A stretch of 59,277 nucleotides of DNA, filler included, from Actinomycetales bacterium (lineage in GTDB: Bacteria > Actinomycetota > Actinomycetes > Actinomycetales > CAVURS01): the NCBI GenBank assembly GCA_045807245.1. It is 3 parts of 3 records of this genome, joined end to end, with 100 filler letters (N's around TTAATTAATTAA, not from the genome) between each part and the next. Parts side by side here need not be neighbours in the genome. Positions count along the whole stretch, not along the records: positions 38,012 to 59,277 come from JBJMHS010000068.1; 2 more parts are not named here. One strand, written 5' to 3'. The notes beneath the pieces are model-generated. The model saw nothing but the letters and a program-made list of their open reading frames with translations. It was not told where the DNA came from and did not search any database. The position numbers and the translations under genes are program-made. Within the stretch, counting starts at the first letter, position 1, and each line of letters opens with the position of its first letter. This document shows, piece after piece, positions 43,400 through 55,510 of this stretch.

Positions 43400-46300
43400 T
43401 CAGCGGCGGAGCCGAAGCCCGCGCGGCGTGGCGTGGAACCCGGACCGCTCCAATGCCTGGGCCAACGGATGGTCAGAACCGAGCACGCCCTGGCCGTCGG
43501 CGCGCTCCACGGTGAGGCGGCCCAAGGCGCCGTCGTGCACCGCCAACGCCAGCGCGTCGGCTGCTGCCTGCAGGGCCTGCGGGTCGTCGCTCCACGACAG
43601 CAGGGTGCGCCCGCCGCGCTCGACGTACAGCACGAGCTCGCCCGCGACCACCACGACGAGCGCACCTGCCTTGCGACCCGGGCGGTGGCTGCCGGCCGTC
43701 TCACCCGGCCGGTCCGGCCAAGGGAGCGCCGCACCATAGGGGTTCGCCGGATCGGCCGCGGCGAGGACGACGGTCCGTACGTCGGTCGGCTCGGCCCGCA
43801 AGCGGTCGATCGCGCCCGCGGTGGCGAACTGCGCGGCACCGAGCCCCTCGACGAAGTAACCGCGCCGGACCCGACCGGCCTCCTCCGCCGCCGCCAGCAC
43901 CTTGTAGACAGCGGCATAACCACCCGGCACCCGCTCGGCGGCGACCGCTCCGCGCGTGACGACCCCGTAACGGTCCAACAGCACCTCGGCCACCGCATGC
44001 GCACGCACCGTCGGGTCCGGCTCAGGCGCAGGGAGCAGCGCCCAGCGTCCGGCCACCGCCGGTGCACTCGTGCGGGCAGTGGCCCCAGCCGCGCGGCTGC
44101 CCGCCGCCGCTGCGCCGAGCCCGGCCCGGGTGCCGGCGTAGCGGCCGCGCACGGGTCGGCCCGGCCGGCTGCGATGCGCGGTCCGGCCGCCGCTGAGCCG
44201 GCCCCGCAACGGCGCCAGCGTGTCGCCGGTGACCCGGCCGCTCCAGGCCAGGTCCCAGAGTGCGGCGGTGACATCGGCGTCGCTGCTTGGGCCGACGCTG
44301 TCCGTGACCGCCGCGGCGAGCGTGCGGAAGAAGAACGCGCCGCCACCTCCGAGGGTCGCCAGGAGCGCCTCGTGCACCGGCGTCAGCTCGAGCTCGCCCG
44401 GCTCGGGCAAGGTCAGGGCCGCGGTGTCGGCGAGGTGCAGCGAGACCCAGCCGTCGTCGCCCGGCAGGGCGCCGTGACCCGACCACAGCACGTCCCCGGC
44501 GCTCATGAGCTCGTCCAGCGCCGCGGGCTCGTACGCCTCGACGCGGGACGGCAGCACCAGCGTCTCGACGGCACTGGCGGGCAGGAGCGCACCGGCGAGC
44601 TGCTCCACCGCGCGGAGCACCCCTTCGGCGCCCGCCAGCCGGCCCCCGACGCCTTGCCACCGGGGCAGGAACCGCGCCAGCTCGACCGCGGGGACCGGCT
44701 CGACCTCGGCCCGCAACGCAGCCAGCGAGCGTCGGCGCAGGACGCGCAGCACCTGCGCATCGCAGTAGTCGAGCGCGCCGTGGCCTTGGGCATGCAGGTG
44801 CTCGGGCAGATGCCCGGGGTCCGCCGGCGGCTCGCCGCTGCCGCCGGTCAGCGGCCGCAGCTCGCCCTCGACCATCCGGCCGGCGGCGACCAGACGGCGC
44901 AGCGTCTCGGTGACCACCGCGACGCCGAGCCCGAGCCAGGCCGCGAGATCGGGTGCCGTGAACGGTCCGTGGCAGCGGGCGTACCTCGCCGCCAGGTCGC
45001 CCAGAGGGTCCGGCTCAGGAGCCAGGAACGCCTCGGGGATACCCACGGGCAACGGTGTACCCAACGCGTCACGGAGCCGGCCGGCATCCTCGACGGCCGC
45101 CCAGCGTTCCTCACCGGCGACCCGGACCCGGATCAGCCGCCGGCTGCCCTCGAGCTCGGCCAGCCAGTGGGGCGCCGCGGCCGGGTCCGTCGTCCGCGCC
45201 GCCACCTCCGGCGTCGCGATGGGGCCCAGGGCGCGGACCAGGTCGGCCACGCCCTCGAGGTCCTTCGCGGCCCGATCGGACGACAGGCGCTGCAGCTCGG
45301 CCTCGGTGCGGCTGATCGCTTCGGGGTCGAGCAGGTCGCGCAGGCTCGCGCCCTCGCCGCGACCCAGCAGCTCCCCGAGCAGCGTGGGGTCCAGCGCGAG
45401 CGCCGCGGCCCGTCGCTCCGCCAGCGGTGAGTCACCCTCGTAGAGGAACGCGGCGACGTACCCGAACAGCAGGCTCCGGGCGAATGGTGACGGCGTCGCG
45501 CTCTCCACCTCGACCAGCCGCACCCGCCGGGCGGCCAGATCCCGTTGCAGCGCAACAAGTCCAGGCACGTCGTACACGTCCTGCAGCACCTCGCGCACGG
45601 TCTCGAGCACGATCGGGAAAGACGGATACTGGCTGGCGACCTGCAGCAGCTGCGCCGCCCGCTGGCGTTGCTGCCACAGAGGCTGGCGTCGGTCGGGGCG
45701 ACGCCGCGGCAGCAGAAGGGCCCGGGCTGCGCACTCACGGAACCGCGACGCGAACAGCGCCGACCCACCCACCTCGCCGGTGACCAGGTCCTCGACGGTC
45801 TCCGGGTCCATCAGCACCAGGTCCGCGACGTCCAGCGAGCCGCCCGGCACGTCCTCGACCTCGAGGTCAGGCAGGCGCAGGACAACGCCGTCGTCCGCGT
45901 GCATCGCCTGGACGTCGACGCCGAAGCGCTCGCGCAGCCGGGCCGCGATGGCGAGTGCCCACGGCGCGTGCACCTGGGCGCCGTACGGCGAGTGCACGAC
46001 CACCCGCCAGTCGCCGATCTCGTCACGGAACCGCTCGACCACGATGGTGCGGTCGTCCGGCAGATGCCCGGTCGCCTGTCGCTGCTCGTCGAAGTAGGCG
46101 AGCAGGTTGTCCGTCGCCCACTCGTCGAGCCCTGCGGCCGCGACGCGGGATCGCGCCCGGTCCCGAGCCAAGGCGCCGACCTCGCGCACGAACGCGCCGA
46201 CCGCCCGGCCCAGCTCGGCCGGGCGACCCAGGGCGTCGCCGTGCCAGAACGGCAGCTTGCCGGGCTGGCCCGGCGCCGGTGTGACCAGGACCTGGTCGTG

Positions 46301-48079
46301 CGTGATGTCCTCGATCCGCCACGACGTCGTCCCCAGTGTGAACACGTCGCCGACACGCGACTCGTAGACCATCTCCTCGTCCAGCTCCCCCACCCGACGC
46401 CCCGCGCGCGGTGAGTCCTGCGCGCCGGCCAGGAAGACGCCGTACAGACCGCGGTCGGGGATCGTGCCCCCGCTGGTGACCGCGAGCCACTGAGCCCCGG
46501 GCCGGCCGGTCACGGTGCCCTGCAGGCGATCCCACACGACTCTCGGGCGCAGCTCGGCGAACTCCTCGGACGGGTAGCGTCCGGCCAGCATGTCGAGGAC
46601 CGCCTCGAGGACGGGGCGGGTCAGGCCGGCGTACGGCGCGGCTCGGCGGACCAGCGTCTCGATGTCGTCGACCGACCACTCGTCCATCGCGGTCATGGCC
46701 ACGATGTGCTGGGCCAGGACGTCCAGCGGGTTGGTCGGGATGCGCATCTGCTCGATCTCGCCGGTGCGCATCCGCTCGACCACGACGGCGGTCTGGACCA
46801 GGTCACCGCGGTACTTCGGGAAGACGACCCCCTCGGACACGGCCCCCACCTGGTGCCCCGCCCGGCCGACCCGCTGGAGCCCGCTCGCCACGCTCGGCGG
46901 CGACTCCACCTGGACCACGAGGTCGACCGCGCCCATGTCGATGCCCAGCTCCAGGGAGCTCGTCGCGACGACGGCCGGGAGGCGGCCGGCCTTGAGCGCG
47001 TCCTCGATCTCCGCGCGCTGCTCCTTGCTGACCGAGCCGTGATGGGCTCGGGCCAGGATCGGCGGGGCACCCGCGCTCGCTCCGGCCTGGGCCATCACCT
47101 GGGCCGGAGCCTGTGACCCGGGGTCGGGCAGGCCGAGCTCCAGCCGCTCGGCCCAGATCTCGTTCAGCCGGGCGGTCAGCCGCTCGGCCAGGCGCCGGGA
47201 GTTGGCGAACACCAGCGTCGACCGGTGCGCCGCGATCAGGTCGACGACGCGCTCCTCGACGTGCGGCCAGATCGAGGTCCGGGGCGGCTCGCCGGCCGCG
47301 GCACCGGTGAGGTCACCCGTCGGCTGGCCCAGCTCGCCCAGGTCGGGGACCGGGACGACGACCCGGAGGTCGACCTGCTTGTCGGCCGCCGGCTGCACGA
47401 CCGTCACCGGCCGCCCCCCAGCGAGGAAGCGGGCGACCTCGGGCACCGGGCGCACCGTCGCCGAGAGCCCCACCCGCTGGACCGGCTGGCCGACCAAGGC
47501 GTCCAACCGCTCCAGGGTCAGGGCGAGATGGGCGCCCCTCTTCGTCGCGGCCACGGCGTGCACCTCGTCCACGATCACCGTCTCCACGCCGGCCAGCACG
47601 CCCCTGGCCCGCGAGGTCAGCAGGAGGAACAGCGACTCGGGCGTCGTGATCAGGACGTCGGGTGGTGTGCGCGGGAACGCGCGGCGTTCGGCGGCCGATG
47701 TGTCACCGGACCGGACCGCCACCCTGATCTGCGGTTCGGGCACGCCCAGCCGCACGGCCGCATGCCGGATGCCGGTGAGCGGTGCCCGCAGGTTGCGCTC
47801 GACGTCGACCGCGAGCGCCTTCATCGGCGAGACGTAGAGCACGCGGCAGCGGCGGGTGGGCTCGGCGGGAGGCGGCTGCGCGGCGAGCCGGTCCAGTGCC
47901 CACAGGAAGGCCGCCAGCGTCTTGCCCGAACCCGTCGGGGCCACGACGAGGGCGTGCTCACCCGCGCGGATCGCCTGCCAGGCTCCCTCCTGGGCGGGCG
48001 TGGGCGCGGCGAACGCGCCCTCGAACCAGTCCTTGGTCGCGGGGGAGAACGCGTCGAGAGCACCAGCTGGTCCCGCCAT
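43400..48079 (-). CDS. lhr: Lhr SF2 helicase (long form)
   Basis: APTGSGKT, DEVH, SAT, HHGS, QRVGRAGH, C-terminal AADPANPYG. Confidence 0.95.
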   Translation of the reverse strand: MAGPAGALDAFSPATKDWFEGAFAAPTPAQEGAWQAIRAGEHALVVAPTGSGKTLAAFLWALDRLAAQPPPAEPTRRCRVLYVSPMKALAVDVERNLRAPLTGIRHAAVRLGVPEPQIRVAVRSGDTSAAERRAFPRTPPDVLITTPESLFLLLTSRARGVLAGVETVIVDEVHAVAATKRGAHLALTLERLDALVGQPVQRVGLSATVRPVPEVARFLAGGRPVTVVQPAADKQVDLRVVVPVPDLGELGQPTGDLTGAAAGEPPRTSIWPHVEERVVDLIAAHRSTLVFANSRRLAERLTARLNEIWAERLELGLPDPGSQAPAQVMAQAGASAGAPPILARAHHGSVSKEQRAEIEDALKAGRLPAVVATSSLELGIDMGAVDLVVQVESPPSVASGLQRVGRAGHQVGAVSEGVVFPKYRGDLVQTAVVVERMRTGEIEQMRIPTNPLDVLAQHIVAMTAMDEWSVDDIETLVRRAAPYAGLTRPVLEAVLDMLAGRYPSEEFAELRPRVVWDRLQGTVTGRPGAQWLAVTSGGTIPDRGLYGVFLAGAQDSPRAGRRVGELDEEMVYESRVGDVFTLGTTSWRIEDITHDQVLVTPAPGQPGKLPFWHGDALGRPAELGRAVGAFVREVGALARDRARSRVAAAGLDEWATDNLLAYFDEQRQATGHLPDDRTIVVERFRDEIGDWRVVVHSPYGAQVHAPWALAIAARLRERFGVDVQAMHADDGVVLRLPDLEVEDVPGGSLDVADLVLMDPETVEDLVTGEVGGSALFASRFRECAARALLLPRRRPDRRQPLWQQRQRAAQLLQVASQYPSFPIVLETVREVLQDVYDVPGLVALQRDLAARRVRLVEVESATPSPFARSLLFGYVAAFLYEGDSPLAERRAAALALDPTLLGELLGRGEGASLRDLLDPEAISRTEAELQRLSSDRAAKDLEGVADLVRALGPIATPEVAARTTDPAAAPHWLAELEGSRRLIRVRVAGEERWAAVEDAGRLRDALGTPLPVGIPEAFLAPEPDPLGDLAARYARCHGPFTAPDLAAWLGLGVAVVTETLRRLVAAGRMVEGELRPLTGGSGEPPADPGHLPEHLHAQGHGALDYCDAQVLRVLRRRSLAALRAEVEPVPAVELARFLPRWQGVGGRLAGAEGVLRAVEQLAGALLPASAVETLVLPSRVEAYEPAALDELMSAGDVLWSGHGALPGDDGWVSLHLADTAALTLPEPGELELTPVHEALLATLGGGGAFFFRTLAAAVTDSVGPSSDADVTAALWDLAWSGRVTGDTLAPLRGRLSGGRTAHRSRPGRPVRGRYAGTRAGLGAAAAGSRAAGATARTSAPAVAGRWALLPAPEPDPTVRAHAVAEVLLDRYGVVTRGAVAAERVPGGYAAVYKVLAAAEEAGRVRRGYFVEGLGAAQFATAGAIDRLRAEPTDVRTVVLAAADPANPYGAALPWPDRPGETAGSHRPGRKAGALVVVVAGELVLYVERGGRTLLSWSDDPQALQAAADALALAVHDGALGRLTVERADGQGVLGSDHPLAQALERSGFHATPRGLRLRR

Positions 48080-48085
48080 GGGTCC

Positions 48086-48107
48086 ATCCTGACCCAGCCC
48101 TCCGACA
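48086..48107 (-). promoter_or_regulatory. PafBC-type promoter for lhr-nei
   Basis: TGTCGG-N10-CAGGAT, 6 nt before lhr ATG. Confidence 0.6.
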
Positions 48108-48121
48108 ATCCGGATGCTGCC

Positions 48122-48143
48122 TGTCGGTCGTCACGGCTAGCGT
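48122..48143 (+). promoter_or_regulatory. PafBC-type promoter for ABC exporter operon
   Basis: TGTCGG-N10-TAGCGT, 8 nt before ATG 48152. Confidence 0.6.
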
Positions 48144-48151
48144 GAGGATCG

Positions 48152-49093
48152 ATGGAAGACAACGGCCAGACCGACGTGATGGTCCGCGCCCGGGGACTGG
48201 TCAAGCGGTTCGGCGAGTTCACCGCGGTCGACGGCATCGACGTGGAGATCCGGCGCGGCGAGGCCTTCGGGTTCCTGGGCCCCAACGGTGCGGGCAAGTC
48301 CTCGACGATGCGGATGATCGGCTGCGTCTCGCCGCCGAGCGGCGGGGAGCTGGTGGTGCTGGGCGGCGACCCCCAGCGCGACGGAGCAGGGATCCGGGCC
48401 CGGCTCGGCGTCGTACCGCAGCAGGACTCCCTCGACACCGAGCTGACCGTCATGGACAACCTGATGGTCTATGCCCGCTACTTCGGCATGCCGCGCTCGG
48501 CGGCCCGGGCCAAGGCGGCCGAGCTGCTCGAGTTCGCCCAGCTCAGCGACCGAGCCGACAGCATCGTCGAGCCGCTCTCGGGTGGCATGAAGCGCCGGCT
48601 CACGATCGCGAGGGCGCTGGTCAACCAGCCCGAGCTGCTGTTGCTCGACGAGCCGACGACCGGGCTCGACCCGCAGGCCCGGCATGTGTTGTGGGACCGG
48701 CTGTTCCGGCTCAAGCAGCAGGGCGTGACGCTGGTGCTGACCACGCACTACATGGACGAGGCCGAGCAGCTGTGCGACCGGCTGGTCGTGATGGACCGCG
48801 GCCGGATCGTGGCCGAGGGCAGCCCGCGGGCGCTCATCGAGGAGTGGTCGACCCGCGAGGTGCTCGAGCTGCGCTTCGCGACCGAGGACCACGCGCCGTA
48901 CGCCGCAAAGGTCCAGGGACTGGCCGACCGCGTCGAGGTGCTGCCCGACCGGCTGCTGCTCTACACCGACGACGGCGAGACGGCGCTGCAGGAGGTGCAG
49001 GCCCGCGGTCTCGACCCGGTCTCGTCGTTGGTGCGCCGCAGCACCCTCGAGGACGTCTTCCTCCGGCTGACCGGCCGGACGCTGGTGGACTGA
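48152..49093 (+). CDS. ABC-2 exporter ATP-binding subunit (NodI/DrrA-like)
   Basis: GPNGAGKS, LSGGMKRR, LDEPTTGLD, TTHYMDEA. Confidence 0.93.
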   Translation: MEDNGQTDVMVRARGLVKRFGEFTAVDGIDVEIRRGEAFGFLGPNGAGKSSTMRMIGCVSPPSGGELVVLGGDPQRDGAGIRARLGVVPQQDSLDTELTVMDNLMVYARYFGMPRSAARAKAAELLEFAQLSDRADSIVEPLSGGMKRRLTIARALVNQPELLLLDEPTTGLDPQARHVLWDRLFRLKQQGVTLVLTTHYMDEAEQLCDRLVVMDRGRIVAEGSPRALIEEWSTREVLELRFATEDHAPYAAKVQGLADRVEVLPDRLLLYTDDGETALQEVQARGLDPVSSLVRRSTLEDVFLRLTGRTLVD

Positions 49094-49099
49094 GCTTCG

Positions 49100-49942
49100 A
49101 TGGACGGGTCGATGGCGCAGACCGGCGACCGAGCGACGGCAGGCGCGCGAGTCGCGGCTGTGGACGGCCGGGTCGAGGCCTGGCCCGCGCTCGCGGTGCT
49201 CTCCGGGCACCTGTTGGTGTGGCGGCGGCTGTGGCGCTCCACCATCTTCACCTCGGTCCTGCAGCCGCTGCTGTTCTTCGTGGCGATCGGCTACGGGCTG
49301 GGCAGCCTGGTCGGCCGCGGCGGCCGGCTGGTCGACGGCGTGCCGTACCTCGACTTCGTGGCGCCCGGGATGATGGCTTCGGCCGCGATGCAGACCGCGA
49401 TCGGCTGGTCGACCTGGCCGGTCCTCTCCGCGATCAAGTGGCAGCGGACCTTCCACGCCATGCTCGCGACACCGGTCGGCGCCGCGGACGTGGTCGTCGG
49501 GCACCTGCTGCACGTCAGTCTGCGCGTGCTGGTGTCGGAGGGGGTGTTCCTCGGCTTCGCGGCCGCGGTGGGCGCGACCTCGGCGTGGTCAGCTGTGCTC
49601 GCTCTGCCGGTGGTGGTCCTGGTGGGGGTGGCGTTCGCCGCGCCGGTGTTCGCCTTCACGACGCACCTGAACGGCGACGGCGGGTTCAACATCCTGTTCC
49701 GGCTCGTGATGGTGCCGTTGTTCCTGTTCTCCGGCACGTTCTTCCCGGTCAGCCAGCTGCCGGCGCTCCTCGAGGTCATCGCCCGGGTCACCCCGTTGTG
49801 GCACGGCGTGGAGCTGGCTCGCGACTGCATGCTCGGGCAGCTGGCCTGGGCCGACCTCGGCCACACGGCGTACCTCGCCGCGTGGGTCGTCGGCGGCACC
49901 TGGCTGGCGGTCGACGGGCTCCGCCGGCGGATGGTGGTGTGA
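49100..49942 (+). CDS. ABC-2 permease
   Basis: YLDFVAPG, FLFSGTFFP, PLWHGV. Confidence 0.9.
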   Translation: MDGSMAQTGDRATAGARVAAVDGRVEAWPALAVLSGHLLVWRRLWRSTIFTSVLQPLLFFVAIGYGLGSLVGRGGRLVDGVPYLDFVAPGMMASAAMQTAIGWSTWPVLSAIKWQRTFHAMLATPVGAADVVVGHLLHVSLRVLVSEGVFLGFAAAVGATSAWSAVLALPVVVLVGVAFAAPVFAFTTHLNGDGGFNILFRLVMVPLFLFSGTFFPVSQLPALLEVIARVTPLWHGVELARDCMLGQLAWADLGHTAYLAAWVVGGTWLAVDGLRRRMVV

Positions 49943-49943
49943 G

Positions 49944-50738
49944 GTGCTCACGTACGCCGCTTCGCGCTCGCTGCTCCCGCCGCTCACCGGCGTGGTGCTG
50001 GAGCGCAACATCCTCACCTACAAGCGGCAATGGCTCGCGTTCGCCACCGGGTTCTTCGAGCCCGTGTTCTACCTGCTGTCGATCGGCGTCGGCGTGGGTG
50101 CGCTGGTCGGCCGGCTGCCGATCGGCGACGGTCGGACGGTGGCGTACGCCGAGTTCGTCGCGCCCGCGATGCTGGCGACGTCGGCCATGAACGGCGCGAT
50201 CTTCGACGCGACGTACAACATGTTCTTCAAGCTGCGCTATGCGAGGACGTTCGAGTCGATGCTGGCGACGCCGGTCGGGGTGGCCGACATCGCGGCCGGC
50301 GAGCTGTCCTGGACCCTGCTGCGCGGTGGCCTGTACTCGCTGGGCTTCCTGCTGTTCGCCGCGGTGCTCGGCCTGGTCGTGAGCTGGTGGGCGCTGCTGG
50401 CCCTGCCCGTCGCGCTGCTGGTCGGGTGCGCGTTCGGCGCCGTCGGGATGGCAGCGACCACCTGGATGCGGGGCATCCCCGACTTCGACTACGTCCAGCT
50501 GGCGCTGATCCCGATGATGCTGCTGTCGGCGACGTTCTTCCCGGTCGACACCTACCCGGGCGCGACCCGATGGCTGGTCGAGCTGTCTCCCCTGTACCAC
50601 GGCGTCGCGCTGGAACGATCGCTCATGCTGGGCGATCTCGGCTGGCCGATCCTGGCCCATCTGCTCGTCCTCGTCGCTCTGGGCGCCGTCGGGATGTGGG
50701 TCCTGTCGCGCCGCCTGGCGCATCTGTTGCTGCGATGA
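49944..50738 (+). CDS. ABC-2 permease
   Basis: FFEPVFYL, FVAPAM, LLSATFFP, PLYHGV. Confidence 0.9.
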   Translation: MLTYAASRSLLPPLTGVVLERNILTYKRQWLAFATGFFEPVFYLLSIGVGVGALVGRLPIGDGRTVAYAEFVAPAMLATSAMNGAIFDATYNMFFKLRYARTFESMLATPVGVADIAAGELSWTLLRGGLYSLGFLLFAAVLGLVVSWWALLALPVALLVGCAFGAVGMAATTWMRGIPDFDYVQLALIPMMLLSATFFPVDTYPGATRWLVELSPLYHGVALERSLMLGDLGWPILAHLLVLVALGAVGMWVLSRRLAHLLLR

Positions 50739-50784
50739 GCGGTCAGGTCACCGGCTCAGGGACCGGCTGTTGGACCATGGAACC

Positions 50785-51027
50785 GTGAGGGCGAGCGAGT
50801 TCTGGGAGCTGATGCGCGAGGAGTTCGGGGCGGGGTACGCCGCGACTCTCGCGCGCGAGCATGTCGTGTCGGCGCTGGGGGAGCGGACGGCGCAGGAAGC
50901 GCTCGCCGCCGGGGTCGACGCCCGCGATGTGTGGCTGGCGCTGTGCGCGGACCTGGACGTGCCGCGGGAGCGATGGTTCGGGCGGGACGACCCGGCCAAA
51001 CGGGCTCGCGCCCGCCGGGTGGAGTGA
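50785..51027 (+). CDS. DUF3046 protein
   Basis: RASEFWELM.EEFG, RTAQEAL..G, VW.ALC; conserved upstream of recA. Confidence 0.88.
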   Translation: MRASEFWELMREEFGAGYAATLAREHVVSALGERTAQEALAAGVDARDVWLALCADLDVPRERWFGRDDPAKRARARRVE

Positions 51028-51115
51028 CGGAGTGCTGTCCGCTCGACGAGCCGCGGGAGTGCCGTCGAGACCATCGGCCGGCGCGGATCGCGACACGCCG
51101 ACCCGCTTCCACGGG

Positions 51116-51131
51116 TCGAACACGTGTTCGA
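51116..51131 (+). promoter_or_regulatory. LexA SOS box at distal recA promoter
   Basis: Perfect palindrome TCGAACACGTGTTCGA, followed by -10-like TAGGGT. Confidence 0.92.
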
Positions 51132-51197
51132 CCTAGGGTTGTGCACAGCTCGAGGGCACGTCCCGTCGTCCACAGGCCGGCGGCGCTTCCCGGGGGT

Positions 51198-51219
51198 TGT
51201 CGGCGGCGGCCCATAGCGT
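51198..51219 (+). promoter_or_regulatory. PafBC-type proximal recA promoter
   Basis: TGTCGG-N10-TAGCGT. Confidence 0.8.
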
Positions 51220-51292
51220 CGCCGCCAACAACCGGACAACAGACCACACAGGCGGCCACGAGAAGGCCGCCGGACGAGAACAGGTGAGGTAC

Positions 51293-53443
<2,151 letters not shown>

Positions 53444-53453
53444 GGCTGGAGCG

Positions 53454-54053
53454 ATGACCACGAGACCCGCCAACGCGCGGCGGCGCTCCGGTCAGCGGGG
53501 GCCGGACGAGCCGACCTCGGGCAGCGACGCGGACCTCACCCCGCCCGCTGACCCGGAGTCGGTGGTTCGGACCATCGTGCTCACCGCCCTCACGGCGGCC
53601 CCGCGCAGCCGGGCGCAGCTCGAGGAACGTCTGGCGGCAAAGGACGCGCCACCAGACGTCGTGGCCCGGGTGCTCGACCGGTTCGAGGAGGTCGGGCTGG
53701 TCGACGATGCGGCGTTCGCGCGCTCTCTGGTCCGCACGAAGCAGGCCGGACGAGGTCTGGCCGGGCGGGCGCTACGCCAGGAGCTGCGGCGCAGCGGGGT
53801 GGACGACGAGACGGCGGCCGAGGCTCTGGAGGAGGTCGATCCGGAGATGGAGCTGGCCACGGCTCGGCAGCTGGTCGCCAAGCGGCTGCCGTCGACACGA
53901 GGCGTGCCTCACTCCAAGCGGATGGCCAGACTGTCGGGGATGCTCGCGCGCAAGGGGTATCCCAGCGGAGTGGCCTTTCGCGTGGTCCGCGAGGCCCTGA
54001 CCGCTGAGAGCTCGGCCGGCGAAGACGGCGACGGGATCAGCGACGAGCTGTGA
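53454..54053 (+). CDS. recX: Recombination regulator RecX
   Basis: PRSRAQL, EVGLVDDAAFA, LARKGY; directly after recA. Confidence 0.93.
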   Translation: MTTRPANARRRSGQRGPDEPTSGSDADLTPPADPESVVRTIVLTALTAAPRSRAQLEERLAAKDAPPDVVARVLDRFEEVGLVDDAAFARSLVRTKQAGRGLAGRALRQELRRSGVDDETAAEALEEVDPEMELATARQLVAKRLPSTRGVPHSKRMARLSGMLARKGYPSGVAFRVVREALTAESSAGEDGDGISDEL

Positions 54054-54084
54054 ACGAACGGGCCCGGTCCGGCGTACGAGGTAT

Positions 54085-54702
54085 GTGGCGTTAGAGGTTC
54101 CGGCCTACCTTGGTGCGGTGAGCGAGCAGCGGCATGCCTCCACGCTGCTCGGCCGCGTCGCCGCCGGCGACTCCGAGGCGGTGGGCGACTTCTACGATCG
54201 CTACCGGCCGATGATCATGCGCACGGTTCTCGGGCTCATGGGTGGGGACCAGGCACTGGCCGAGGACGTGCTGCAGGAGACTGCGTTGCGGCTGTGGCGG
54301 GCCGGGGCCCGCTTCGACCCGGCGCTGGGCAGCGAGGAGGTCTATGTCCGGGTTGTCGCCCGACGGGCCGCAGTGGATCTGCTGCGCCGCCGCCGAGAGC
54401 TCCCCGCGTCCTGGGTCGCCGATGCGGCGGACGCGGCCGACGCGGCCCAAGCCGTGCACGGCGACCGCGTGACGCCACCCGCGCAGACCCAGGTGCTGGA
54501 CGCAGACCTGGTCGAGCGCGGGCTGGCCACCCTGTCCGACGCCCACCGGGAGGTGGTCACCCGCGCGTACCTGCGCGACGAGAGCTACAAGGACATCGCG
54601 CTCGGCCTCGGCGTGCCCGTGGCCACCGTGCGGACCCGGGTCTTCTATGCGCTGCGCGCCCTGCGCCGAGCCCTGAGCGATGTCGTGGAGGAGGGATCGT
54701 GA
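54085..54702 (+). CDS. ECF sigma-70 factor (SigL-like); start could be GTG 54118
   Basis: AEDVLQET..R.W, VARRAAVD, IA..LGVPVATVRTRVFYALR. Confidence 0.88.
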   Translation: MALEVPAYLGAVSEQRHASTLLGRVAAGDSEAVGDFYDRYRPMIMRTVLGLMGGDQALAEDVLQETALRLWRAGARFDPALGSEEVYVRVVARRAAVDLLRRRRELPASWVADAADAADAAQAVHGDRVTPPAQTQVLDADLVERGLATLSDAHREVVTRAYLRDESYKDIALGLGVPVATVRTRVFYALRALRRALSDVVEEGS

Positions 54703-55484
54703 GCGGCCATCCGTGCGCGGAGCGACTCCTCCTGCCCGAGGCGCTCTCCGGGCGGCTCGAGCCGTCCGAGGAGAAGCGGGTCATGGCTCACCTGCAGACC
54801 TGCTCGACCTGCCAGGACGTCGCCGCCGACATCGAGGTCTCACTCATCTCCTTGGCGGTGCTGCGCGACGAGCACCCGGTCCCGCTTCGCGTCCCGGGAC
54901 TCGCGGCGGACGACGCCGATGAGGCAGACGAGTCGGGGGGCCGGGCGGCTTCGTCGGCCGGGCTGACCGGCCCTTGGCCGCGAGCCCCGCTCGCGCCTGC
55001 CCCCGCCCCCGCCCCAGGTGCGGCGCCCGGACCGGTTGTGCTCCCGCAGCGCAGGCGCCTGCCCGCCTACGCGGCGGCCGCCGCCGCGGCCGTCGTGTTC
55101 GCGGCCGGCGGCTTGTTCGTCGGCCACGACCTCCTGCCGCCGCGCGACCGCCCCGACTTCGGCCCGGCCGTGGCGTTGAGCCCGCCGCCCGGGGCCACCG
55201 ACACCGGCGCGCGGGGCACCGTGGCGGTCGCCAGCGAGAGCGACGCGCTAGCGGTCCGCCTCGACGTGACGTCGCTGCCCACCACCGGCTGGTACGAGTG
55301 CGTCTGGGTCGCGGGAGGCCAGAGCCGGTCCGCCGGCAGCTTCCGTGCGGTGAACGGCGTGGCCAAGGACGTGCAGCTGCGTGTCGCCCAGCCGCAGGAC
55401 AGCACCGGCTGGGACCTCCAGGTGGTCCACCACCAGGGCGACACGAGCGACGTCGTGCTCGAGGGCGACGTGACGTACGGCTAG
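54699..55484 (+). CDS. Zn-finger (ZAS) membrane anti-sigma factor
   Basis: HLQTCSTC (HxxxCxxC), single TM after a Pro-rich linker, YECVW..RSAGSF; GTGA coupling. Confidence 0.85.
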   Translation: MSGHPCAERLLLPEALSGRLEPSEEKRVMAHLQTCSTCQDVAADIEVSLISLAVLRDEHPVPLRVPGLAADDADEADESGGRAASSAGLTGPWPRAPLAPAPAPAPGAAPGPVVLPQRRRLPAYAAAAAAAVVFAAGGLFVGHDLLPPRDRPDFGPAVALSPPPGATDTGARGTVAVASESDALAVRLDVTSLPTTGWYECVWVAGGQSRSAGSFRAVNGVAKDVQLRVAQPQDSTGWDLQVVHHQGDTSDVVLEGDVTYG

Positions 55485-55510
55485 TCCGCGCGCCGTACCC
55501 TGTGGGGGCG

